From the NCBI GenBank assembly GCA_951406725.2, contig OX597815.1, forward strand, positions 141,484,001 through 141,548,000: a stretch of 64,000 nucleotides of DNA. Reading direction: 5' to 3'. The stretch comes from Octopus vulgaris (lineage: Eukaryota). Under the pieces are notes generated by a model. It saw only the letters and a program-made list of their open reading frames with translations, was not told the DNA's origin and did not search any database. A program made the translations under genes and the position numbers. This document shows positions 27,061 to 40,705 of this stretch, piece after piece; positions within the stretch are counted from its first letter, which is position 1; every line of letters begins with the position of its first letter.

Positions 27061-27259
27061 CATCCAAACAAGAAAACACAAAAAAAACACAACAACGCGA
27101 GGACGTGGAACAAATATAGTATTATTGGACGCTCAGGAAAGAAGGGAAGAAGGAGGGTTTAGCGTTTCGAGTGGAGCTCTTCGTCGGAAACATAGGAGAA
27201 GGAAAGATCCCGAGAAGGGAAGACAAAGGAAAAGAAATCGCCAACGGTACACACGAGGT
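27057..27259 (-). mobile_element. Solo PLE pLTR remnant with a hammerhead-like motif at 27157-27191
   Basis: Minus strand: GTTT-CCGACGAA-GAG ctcca CTC-GAAA-CG-CT-AAAC, followed by 'ttcctgagcgtccaataatac', which matches the TTCCTGAGCG..TAATAC motif downstream of the hammerheads at 5956 and 18368. Ends in (TA)n. Confidence 0.7.
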
Positions 27260-28007
27260 CGAGCAAAACGCCCACCGCCGTCCAATGGACGGTGCTGAGT
27301 TGTAAAAACGTTTAAACAAATTTTTTATCAAAACAACTTCTCCGACAGTCCCATAGGCCTCTCATTTAAGAAACACTGATTCAACCAAAATTTGAGACAT
27401 CAGCAAAAAAAGAAATAAAGATAGACATTTTTCTATTCCAAAAAAAAAAAAATTATTTACACAAATGTGCAACCGAAGAGTTTAAAATATCAGTAATTAT
27501 AAGGCTGTTGACTGGGAGAACACAAACATGGTTTAAATAGTTTTATCATTAAAAAATAATTACGCATGCCTTTATTTCAATAAAATTTTTGGTTTTGTTA
27601 AATGAAGGTAAGGCAAAAAAACAACTTCTTCAAAAATCAATTAGTCTTTTCTTCATTCATGCCAAGTTTGAAGAAAATATCTCTTTTGCATCTTAATTTT
27701 TTGGTGTCTTAAATACACTGCATTTTGTGGCATTATTTCAAGCTAGCCGGCTTTTTTTGTGCAAGCTGCACGTGCATTTTTCTCGCGTACGCGTAGTATC
27801 GATCACAACAGCTGATGTACTTGCGCGTACAAATACACGTTCTCACGGCTTTATCGCTCGCATTCTCACCTGGAATCGATTTTTGTAATTTTTTCAAGAC
27901 TTATACACGCCCAGATATCGTCGGTATCTACATATCAAATTGAGCGCAATCGGATAGAAGATATCCGAGATCCTAGAAGACACACAGACAGACAGAATGG
28001 ATTTTAT

Positions 28008-28010
<3 letters not shown>
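27260..28010 (-). mobile_element. Non-autonomous Helitron-like element, longer copy
   Basis: 27260-27410 and 27810-28010 match 9810-9940 and 9948-10150; terminal hairpin CCGTCCA-A-TGGACGG; about 400 bp of extra internal sequence. Confidence 0.65.
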
Positions 28011-28042
<32 letters not shown>

Positions 28043-28408
28043 GAATAGACAATTCATTTTTCGTGTGTTAAATTGTGTTAATTTTCAAAAGTTAAAGCGT
28101 AACGAGCAACCTTCGACATAGGTATGACTTTAAATAAATAAAGGAATTTCTTCAGTTATACCTAATTTATTCACATTCATCACTAATTAAGAAACTATAA
28201 TCCGAAAAAAAGAACAAAAAATGATAATTCATAGCAGCGTTGAAAGAAAAGAGTTCGTTAAGAAATGTCTATACTTCATATTTACTTGTAGAGATGTGGT
28301 GAATAATGCATGTGTTTCATTATAGCAAAGTATCTTCAGATTTGAATTTATCTCTTCAAAACAGACTGTAAATATATACATAGCTACATACATATGCAAA
28401 AGCACACT

Positions 28409-28454
<46 letters not shown>

Positions 28455-28464
28455 CATGTATATA

Positions 28465-28513
<49 letters not shown>

Positions 28514-29239
28514 ATATAATACATAAAAAATGAACTTCACTCTTGCTTGCTTCTTGCAATGTTTCCCGGAAATTGGACAAGGGGTTCTTGAGATATGAGT
28601 GGTTTTAGGGTATATATAGCAAAAACGGTGTATAATTCGGAAATACTCCGAAAATAACTTAATCCTGAAAGGGAAGAAATTCTAACCTTTCGATTAGACA
28701 CTGTGACTAGCACACACACACAGGCATGTAGAAATATATAACAGAAAATTTTGAAAACCTACGGTACAGAAATATCACAATGATCCAGTGACCTGCAATT
28801 AGTTAAATACAGAGTAAATAAATGTTCTCTATAACTCGTGCAAAACATTTTAACTGCTTCTTTTTTACCTTTGAATAGGGAATTACACCTAAGCATTAAA
28901 ACATAAAACCAATAACTATTATATACTCTCAAAATTGTGCACATTATTTAAGCAAATTTTACAAATATTTCGACCAAAATATTTGAGATATTTCACATTC
29001 AGTACACCATATATTTACAAATATACTAGTAATTAGCAAAATTACAATGCTGAACAGTGAAAGCACCTCTCTCGACTGGAACACCATACGGGTGTTGACA
29101 ACAGAAGTTGGTGCTATTACTTTCAACACATGTCGTATTTCAAGATCGAGCACCGCTGGGGAGTTAAAACAATTGCTGTAAATTTTTCGTGACATTGCTA
29201 ATCGTGAGCCCCACTTCACACTTGAGAACCGCCTGCTTC

Positions 29240-30480
<1,241 letters not shown>

Positions 30481-30685
30481 GCTCCGTAGATCAGCTCGAT
30501 TAATCGGTAGATGTTGTCTCAGCATTTTGCCTCGTTTTCACTTTTCTATGACGAATCTACAATTTATAAAATATCATAATACAATTCATCTCCCCGTTAT
30601 ATATATTGCAGGAGACACAAAGATGTATGATATATATATGTGTGCATGTGTGTGTATATATATATATATACATACATATATACAT

Positions 30686-30737
<52 letters not shown>

Positions 30738-31133
30738 TGCATATCGTTGTGTATATATATATTACTGTACACATATACTTACTCAAGCATGTACAAACAC
30801 CCATACATGCACGCACACGCGTGCACTCACACACACACGTATAAAAATATATTAAATTGCTGAGTTAATTCCATGCGTCACTATTTATGCTTCAAGGCCA
30901 TTCCTGTTCTCATGGCGAGTCGCAGACACATTAATGGTATACCATCTAAATGTGTTGATGATCTGTGCTATTCAGAAGATTGCGGATGATTTTCCTTGAA
31001 TATATTTACTTGATATTTTTTTATATTCACAATAAAAACCCATCAAAATATTTATTTTCTGATATCTTGCTTTCTAATCCTAGATTCACATCGCCATTTT
31101 ACGTCACACAACACACAGAGGCACACACACAGA

Positions 31134-31201
<68 letters not shown>

Positions 31202-32334
31202 ATCACACGCACACATGAACGCACACATAAATACATGTATACATATATACATATATGCATATATAAGTATATATAAATATATATATATATGTACATATAC
31301 GTGTCTGTGTATGCCTGTTTATTTGTGCGTGTATAGGCACATGCATATTTTACGTCATTCAATATATATATATATATATTATCACATTCATATATAATAG
31401 TTTGTGCTTGCAAACGCAATTTATAATTGTATTTAGAGATATGACGATTATATCTTGGATGAATTAGAAAACTATTTTTATTGATAAATCTCATTATGTG
31501 GTCGGAATATAAATACATCATATTCAATTTTCTTGAAATAATATATTGACAGTCATATTAATATTCGAAGCGAGTATTTGAATTACATGCAGTATTCTTC
31601 ACAATTGTTTAATAATCCGACGTCCCTAAACTTTAATTGGTGCCAAAATACCTGACGGACATAAATCTAATTGGCGATCAATCCGTTCCTTTGAATATTT
31701 TGTTATTGAAATCCACAGCTTAAAGACCTCAGTAAATTTTTTTATAAACATGCGTATATCTTCTTAAAGCGTGTACTTTATTTGCACACCTGTACATACG
31801 CATAGATGGCGATATGATATACTTACCTTACCTTATATAATGTAATAGTTGATGCTGGACATATTCTAATTCGGTGTTTATGGACAAGGGAAATGCATGT
31901 GGTATATATTCTACATGTAATTTATATGTATCTAAAACTATGCGTAGAAAAGGATTTAGTCTTCGAAGCAAGCTATTCAAGATGAATTAAGAGTAGGTGT
32001 GAAATTTTCATTTCTCATTCGCATTACGAATAGTGACTTTTATAGTAAGACATCGCTTGCTTCCGTATAGATCTTTTAAATGCCGATAATTCAACTATAA
32101 TAAAGGAATATGCCTATTAATTAGTCCGAAGTATTGTAAGTTTGTCTTTTAAAAAATGCATTTATTAAAGTTTACACTGTTTATAAAAAATATTAATAAG
32201 AAAGTTACTAAATATATTTTGTCAAAATGGGATTTTCAGGTAGTATTTATTATTTAAGATTTCATTTTTACGATCCAAACTCAGAACTAATTTCCCTTCA
32301 CTGCGACATAGTCTTTTTATACTTCAGTATATAT

Positions 32335-33210
32335 CAGGTGTTCAGCACCCCCGAATTTGTTTACTCATAATTTTCTGAAAAATGATATTTTAAAATTAAC
32401 TTTTCCACCAAAACATTTCAGATGTTGTTTTGGATATTTCGAAGACTTCTAATTTGATTCCTTGTCAGAAAAATCTGGTATCTTTTAATGAAATTTTCGA
32501 CAAAAATCTTTCTTGTGGCGTAAATTACGAATGTATCTGGATTTATGGTGAAAAAATGGGGCGGAAAAATTTCATGCATTTCAACTTTGTTTCCCCATAA
32601 GTTTATTGCAATTATGTTTTAAAAATATCTTCTCAGGACTATTCCATACTTTCCCGAAAATCACTGACAGAATCCTTTGTACACATGTGAGTATATTAGA
32701 GAGTAATTTGTGAACTTTTTTCATTATGTCATCGCAGGATTAATCACTCTGTTTTAAACTAATTAAAATCTAACTCATTGTTTTATGTTTACTTAATTTT
32801 TTAGAATTATCATGATTCACGTTGGTCTTAAAAGTGTCTTTTTCAAAATTATTGTAATGTACGTCATCAAAATTTATAAGGAAACAAAATTGTGATTCGT
32901 AAAATAACTGAGCTCTTCCCCAATTTCTTTACATTAAATTCCGATATAATAATCTACTTCATCTAGGCATTTGCAGAAAATCCCATTACGCAACAAACAT
33001 TATTATTTAAGTCATAAGAAAAAAACAAAAAGACATATGAATTATACAAAACCTTTTTAACTACCCTCCTATCACACGGAAACTCTTATAGCAAATACCG
33101 ATGTAATCGTAAAATACGCCATTTGACATGTTTTTGTAAAACTGTTCATTAAAAAATAGCCATTTTCTATGAAGGTTATATGGAGACAAATTCAAGGTTG
33201 TCGAACACAT
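32335..33210. mobile_element. Old MITE/foldback element with ~300-bp degenerate terminal inverted repeats
   Basis: Left 'gtgttc..gaatttgt..aaaatgatattttaaaattaac..aaaacatttcagatg..tttgtttccccataag' aligns with the reverse complement of the right end 'gtgttc..gaatttgt..aaaatggctattttttaatgaac..aaaacatgtcaaatg..tttgtttccttataaa'. The CAGGTG start next to TA suggests a Tc1/mariner origin. Confidence 0.6.
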
Positions 33211-33394
33211 TTCTGTTGATATAACCTAAATTTAGTTAATGAGGCTTAAAAAGGTAATTTAGATGCAACATATGAGGAAAGTTACACAAATTGTATTTGC
33301 CAAGGGAAGTTGTTCAAGGCAAAATATAGTAAACTACATCATTTTACATACATTTATATACATGTATATGTGTGTGAATACGCAAGCACATACA

Positions 33395-33462
<68 letters not shown>

Positions 33463-33889
33463 AAGTCTATGGACTAGTCATAGGGGCATGTCAAATTTAC
33501 CTTTTTCGGTAGATTAATGAAAATGGCGAATAGATTTAATTGAATCTGAGTCCCAACAGAATTTTCTATATTAGTTGAACAATCAAACATAAACAAATAG
33601 ATAATCCGTTTATAAACACATTAAATATAGTAACCCTAGAGAACTGGGGTTAATAATTTTCACACTAAAAGTCTTTTAAAGTCCTTTTTATTTGTTGGCT
33701 ACCTCCATAAAACCACCTCTTTAACGAAATTAATTCTTTCCAGAAAATCACTATAATACGGTATGTTGTTGAAGATAGAGACACTCCGGTTTATAGCAGA
33801 CTCCTTATTTCTGCCATGAATGTGGTGACTGGAATTTTCTTCGAGTTATATCTTTTATATATTTGCATTCTCTAGGAGTCACGATTTCT

Positions 33890-34002
33890 TGTTTTAATTC
33901 TGATAGTATAGCTAGAGTGCTATATTATAATCGGGTTGCTACCAACCGCTATATTACAAACTACTTATGTGTTATCTAGAAAAAGACATAAAATTAAATA
34001 TG

Positions 34003-34041
<39 letters not shown>

Positions 34042-34152
34042 GTTATATATTTTATGTCTCTTTCTAGATAACATATAAGTAGTTTGTAATATAGCGGTTG
34101 GTAGCAACCGATTATAGTATAGCACACTAGCTATACTATAAGAATTAAAACA
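33890..34152. repeat. Inverted repeat with ~105-bp arms and a (TA)n-containing loop
   Basis: 33890-33994 is the reverse complement of 34049-34152 with only a few mismatches. Confidence 0.93.
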
Positions 34153-34156
34153 TTCC

Positions 34157-34346
34157 CCTGCAGCCATGCTGGAGCACGTCCTTTATTGGAGAAAATCGAC
34201 GCCAGTACTTATCCTTTATAAGCCTAGTTCTTATCCTATCGGTTTCTTTTGCCGAAACGCTAAGTTACGCGGACGTAAACATACCAAAAACAGTTGTCTA
34301 ATGATGGAGGGGAGAGGGTAAACATAGACACACAAATATATACTTG

Positions 34347-34409
<63 letters not shown>

Positions 34410-34560
34410 ATATATGTACTCATATATGACGGGTTTCTTTCTGTTTCCGTCAACCAAACCTACTCACAAAGCTTTGGTCGGCCCGAGGCTATAGTAGAAC
34501 ACACCCAAAGTTCCATGCAGTGGGACTGAACAAGAAAACATGTTGTTGTTAAGCAAGCTA
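34157..34560 (-). mobile_element. tRNA-derived SINE (family B)
   Basis: Tail 'ctgcagccatgctggagcac', core 'gtttccgtcaaccaaacctactcacaaagctttggtcggcccgaggctatagtagaa', head 'cagtgggactgaac' (as read on the plus strand). Confidence 0.83.
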
Positions 34561-35714
34561 CTTTATTTCATCATATTTGCCATTACGACATTACAAAGAG
34601 TAGCTTGCTGGCTAAGACAGAAACATTATTGACATGAATGATGAGAAAAAATAGTGAAAAGACAAAAAACGTCCGCCGATTTTTTGCTTCTCTAATACAT
34701 TATTCTTTTTTAAAAAAAGCTATTGAACCTCTTACTTTGGTTTGTTACAAATTTTCTTTTTGTCGTTAAGTAGAACACAAAAATGAGGCAGTAAACCTCT
34801 TACCCATACTGAGACACCAAGACTCTTGAATCAACCCCTATCAATGTTCTTGCCGTCTGCAGGCAATCTCTCAGCCGCAAGTCGGGGCACCAAAATATGT
34901 AATTGTAATCTTCCTTCGAACCTTCCTTCGAACAGGACTCCACTATTCGAAGGAACTCTCTTTCTTTTACCACCAGCGCTGTCACCTGCGACGGCCAATG
35001 CTGGTGATCAGTACAGGCCAAGTCAATTAGGTCCTGACCATCAAGACAACTCTCAACAACGTTGTCAACAACCCCTCCCCTATGACAGAATACCACATAT
35101 TCATTACTTTCCCTGGAAGAGGCCACTGCTTCTTCTGACGGTGGCACGATTCCCACCAACGAGTCTTCGGGACATGCCGACAGAACACTGCATACCTCCG
35201 GCACTGTCACATACAAAAACAAAACAATTCTCACTACTGAATTACTCAGCGCGACTGAAGCTGACAAATGTTCTATACCCAGTGGGGATTTGTTATAAGA
35301 AAAAAGAAAAAACAATGTCATAAAATAAATTCGCCAATTACTCCTTTAAAAAAAAACAAGTGCCTACCTTGCAGTCGTGCTTCTGTAACAGTTCTCCGAT
35401 TCAAGACGGCCACCAACGCACGTCTTGACAGTTTTCAATCCGATAAGAAACTAACAAACACGCATGATCGTAGGAAAGCCACTTACTGCACAGCTACTCC
35501 TGTACCTACATACATATATGCATACACTCCTACATACATACATACATACATATATACAAAAATACCCTGTTGATGCTGTTAAAATTCCCTTGGAGGAGCC
35601 TGGGATGTGGTTTTGAAACCGACTCTTTCTGTATTGGCAACAAATCTCAAAATAAAACTGAATAATGACATACATACATACTATACATACATATTGGTAT
35701 AGATGTCTATGTCT

Positions 35715-35778
<64 letters not shown>

Positions 35779-37174
35779 TGTTGTGTGTGTGCGTTCGTGT
35801 GTATGCAAACGCATACAAATTTTGTAAACTTATGCGTATATGTGCGTTTGCGTGTTTATGGCTGTGTATGCTTTGGAGAGTGTCTACAAATGAAGTCATA
35901 TCTAATTTTCTGACATTTTAATTTGGTAACTTAGATCAATTTATTATTAGAATATTTCCTTACCAATCAGTTCCGAAGATTCATAGACATTCATTGTGAC
36001 GGAAAGCCTGTTTGCGTAATTAACTTATCATCAAGAAAATTTAATTTTTTTCCTATATTTATAACGTTCCATCAAACTCCAAACATCTGAGAAAATATAA
36101 CTTATAATAATATGATTTTAAAACTTAATATTTTATTCTAAGCGCGCATACTCATAAAATCGCTTTGATGAATATGATTCGATAAATATCTATTTATCAA
36201 AAACTATTTTATGATAAAACTTTTGAAACAAAATAATTCCATAACATTGAAAATGAGGAAACCTTTATTGATTTTGTTCCATAGCCAAGTGAAAAGAGAA
36301 TGAATAGATAACTATCAACGTGAATGTAATGGGTTATTGTAGTTGATTCTGGAACACACTAAGATGCATAATGCTTTCTATTTAAAACATCTATTTACTT
36401 TTCATACATTATTTGTGCATAACATTACGAAAGCCTTGATGCTTTAATAGGAGAAGACTATATACTGCGACCATTCACTTTCTCTGATTTAGCATTTTAA
36501 TGCTTTAACAGTGTGTTTTTCTTTTACACCTCATCTTCATTTATTACATTTAGAAATAATTCTTTGTTAAATCAGTATAATATATTACTGGTCGTGTCTT
36601 TCATTAACTGCATACTGCTAAAATTAAATTCGGTTAAATTTCATTGTGCAGATTGTCAGATACTGTGAAAAGTTCCAATAAGGCAATAAATTTTACCTTG
36701 AATTATCTTTTCTTTCGAAAGTAAGATCATTAAATAATGTCTAAGTGTAAGTTCTATATCTATTATAGGTTTACACTTAAATATATAGCGATAAATAGCA
36801 TACAACGAGCTAATTGCTGTGTGATTTGTATATCTTCATATCAAAAATAACTTAAAATATTCATTAACTTTTATTGCTAGGAAACTCGACGGAAGGACAG
36901 TCGAAAGAATGGAAAACATTATATTTGAAGATGACGGGGAAAATAAAGTTTTATATTAAGTTAATGGTAAATGTAATGTAAAATATAACAGTAAATGTTG
37001 GTAATAAAATGTAAAGCACGAAATTCAAGCTATATATTTTCTAAAATAGCATTTTTCCAATCAAAATATTAAGCAGCAACAAAAAGTATCACATTTGCAT
37101 AAGCATGTCTTATTTTATCTTATCCACTCTACCCAATAGCAAGTGATTATGATTCATTAGAATAAGCAAGCTGG

Positions 37175-37259
<85 letters not shown>

Positions 37260-37720
37260 CATTAAAGGGTCGCTGCCTGAAGCAGTAACCTCGGAAACAT
37301 TTCATTTGAAAACCCAGGACGTTACATTCAGTTGAGAAATATAAAATAACAAGCTGGAAATGGAAATGGATTTGTTGGTATTACATTCCAAATTGATTTT
37401 AGTTTGTCTTGCATATGTATTAATATATTTATGTGTGTGTATGTATGTGAGTGTGTGTCTGTGTTTGTTCTATGCGTATATAAATGTATTAGCGGGACAA
37501 CGTTGAGCAGATATAAAGGCAATTATGCGGATAAACAAATTGAACAAATTAAATATAGCAGCTTGGGTATGAAATATAAAATATGTGTATATGTATACAT
37601 GCAATACGAAAGAAAACATTTGTGCCCCATAAAAGCATAGGAGTCTGAATTTGAGTCAATTGAGCGTTACCAAGTGTCTTCTATATTGAGAATCTCTCTC
37701 TATATATACATATCTATCGG

Positions 37721-39701
37721 CGTTCACTCCACAGACGTTAGCTGAATTTGATTCGGTTCTATTACTAAATCAACAGAAATCACAGGTCGGTGGATCGAAC
37801 ACTTCTCTGAACTCCTAAACCGTGAGTCAGTTGTGGATGAAACAGTGATTGATACTATGCAACAAAGACCTATCATTGGCTCCTTAGACTCCTCGCCCTC
37901 AATAGATGAAGTAATGACATCAATAAGTAAATTGAATCTTGGTAGGGCACCTGGAAAGGATGGAATTTGTGCTGAGGTCTTGCGATTTGGTGGTAATTGC
38001 ATCACACAGTCCCCTCATGAACTTATTAGTGCAGTCTGGAGGGATGGTGCAATCCCTAAGGAGTGGAAGGATGCAATTATTCTTCCTCTATATAAAGGAA
38101 AAGGAGCCAGAACTATATGTGGTAACTACAGAGGTATTGCTCTACTATCAGCTGCTGGCAAGGTTCTGGGAAATATTCTTCTTACCCGTCTGAATGGGTG
38201 TCTCGTAAATGATGTCCTATCTGAATCTCAACGTGGCTTCCGATCTGGTATGATTTTCACAGCAAGACAGATGCAGGAGAAGTGCTATGAGCAGAATATG
38301 GATCTTGTCCAGGTATTCATTGATTTAACAAAGGCATTTGATACTGTAAATAGGGCCTTACTATGGAAAATACTTGGCAAACTTGGATGTCCGGATCACT
38401 TTGTATCTATAATTAAATCATTTCATGATGGGATGGAGGCTTGGGTCAATGCGGGTGGTGCCATGGCGGGACCCATTCCTGTAGAGAATGGTGTCAAGTA
38501 GGGTGACATCCTTGCCCTAACTCTCTTTTCTTTGTACTTTGCTGCTGCTTTTACTCATGCTTTTGCTAAGGTTAGCTCTCTGGGAATATATGTCAGATAT
38601 CGATCTTCTGGCCGCCTCCTTAATCTTCGCCGATTTGCTGCCAATTCAAAGGTTTCCCAGTCTATTATTCGTGACCTTCTTTATGCAGATGACAGTGACT
38701 TAGTCACTCATAGAGTGGATGACATGCAAATACTCATGAAATTCATTTCTGTTTCGCGCAGGGCATTTGGACTCAGCATTAGCCTGGACAAGACTGTTGT
38801 AATGTTCCAGCACGCACCAGGAAATTGATATATGGAACCAGCTAGCTTGGTTGAAGGAACAATTCTGAAGGTAGTAGACAAGTTTGTCTACCTGGGCAGC
38901 ACACTCAACCGTTCTTGCTCCTTGGATGAGGAAAGATCTTTCAGGTTGCAGAGAGCAACTAATTCCTTCCGGTCTCTACAGTCTCGTGTCTGGTCCCAAC
39001 ATGGCATCGCAAGGCCAACAAAAGTTGCTGTGTACCGTGCATGTGTACTGACATCGCTCCTCTACTCATGTGAGACATGCACTCTGTACAAACGTCAGGA
39101 AAGGGTCCTTGAACGCTTTCATCAGAGATGTCTAAGACACATTTTCAATGTTGGCTGGACCTCAAAAGTTCCAGACACACAGGTCCTGATGACAACTGAT
39201 ATCTTGAGTATTGGGGCGAATGTGCACAAGCACCGGTTACGTTGGACTGGACATCTTATGAGAATGAAGGATAACAGGATTCCTAAGCAGATGTTCTATG
39301 GAGAACTTGTGAATGGAAGGAGACATCGGCAGAAACCAAGGCTGCGATTTTAGGACTGTGTCAAGTCCTCATTAAAGGCCTCTGATCTGCAGGGCACTGA
39401 TTCAGAGAACAATGCCTGTCATCGTCACAGATGGGGGAAACAGGTTAAGGAGGGGATCGACACTTTTGGGAGAGCACGTATCCAGCATGAAGAACTTAAG
39501 CGAGCTGCGTGAAAGCGCACGGCTCTTATAGTGAATGGGGAAAGCTTGGTCTGCAATGTTTACAGACGTGTGTGCTTATCAAGAGCTGGGCTCCTTAGCC
39601 ACCAACGGAGCCGCAAATGCAAAATATAAGTTAGTCCTAGAGCGCACAATGTTCCTGAAGGTCGGCAATGATCTTCCTCGGTCAAGAGTGGTCGGCCATC
39701 A
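37721..39701 (+). mobile_element. RTE-clade LINE, 5'-truncated, RT pseudogene with 3' end retained
   Basis: A single frame (37833 to about 39629) with in-frame stops at 38499, 38826, 39351 and about 39510. Motifs RAPGKDGI, NYRGIALLS, FIDLTKAFDTV, GVK*GDILA, LLYADD, FVYLGS, RLRWTGHL.RM...RIPKQMFYGEL, and a C-terminal CNVYRRVCLSRAGLLSHQRS zinc-finger-like end. Confidence 0.93.
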
Positions 39702-40304
39702 TATATGCATATATATGTATTTCTCTTTTTACGCATTTTCATTTCTAAAAAAACAGTAACCCTCCCAAACTCCATTATTTTCTTCGATTATACTGTTAAT
39801 TCTCTTTCTCTTTTTATGCATGTTCTAATAAGAATATTGTACTACACCTACTAATAAATAATTATGTTATAAGTATGTACATGCATATATACATGCAATA
39901 TATGTATGCTTATATACGCATGCGTGTGCATGTATATATGTAAATGTATATATATAAATATTATATAAATATATTTATGTATATAAATTTATATACGCAT
40001 AAATTAACCCGATGAACTTAGATTATCTCATAAAAACTCTTTCACGAAGTCTAGAGGCATACCCATGTACTCTAATTTTATCTACTGATTTAGAATACAC
40101 CGAAATGATTGAAGTAACATATGGGGTACTGTGACCTCTTGGCTGAAACATCTGTAAGAAACTGCTTTTGTTTCTCTATTCTTGAAATTACTTATACTTC
40201 ACACATGTAATTATATATTATTACAACTGTTTAAAATAAATAGACATAATATAATGTTTAACTAATGAATACTACTTCTCTATTCTCTCCATTTTCTTCC
40301 TGTC

Positions 40305-40347
<43 letters not shown>

Positions 40348-40391
40348 AATGTATGTATATATACATACACACAAATAGACACACACACACG

Positions 40392-40436
<45 letters not shown>

Positions 40437-40440
<4 letters not shown>

Positions 40441-40705
40441 GGCCATCCCATAAGTAGCGCGTTCTTTTTCAACTGGATGAGCTAAAATCAGAGTGGAGCG
40501 GTATAAAACCCCTGCATCAGCTTGCTGCAAAGGGATATACTATTTTTGCCTTGTTGTTGTTCTTAATGCAAGATGTGAATAGTTGTTTTTGCAAAGCTAT
40601 ACTGGAAGTGACAAAGGACCATATTTGTCATATTTTGCTTTATGACTTCAATAAAAGCAATAACGCAAAGGAAAGTGCGAGGAATATTAATGCAGTTTAT
40701 TGGTC
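40437..40705 (+). mobile_element. 5' end of a mariner element (TIR + N-terminal HTH)
   Basis: TA|CAGGGCCATCCCATAAG terminus, followed by EVTKDHICHILLYDFNKSNNAKESARNINAVY, the mariner first HTH. Confidence 0.75.
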
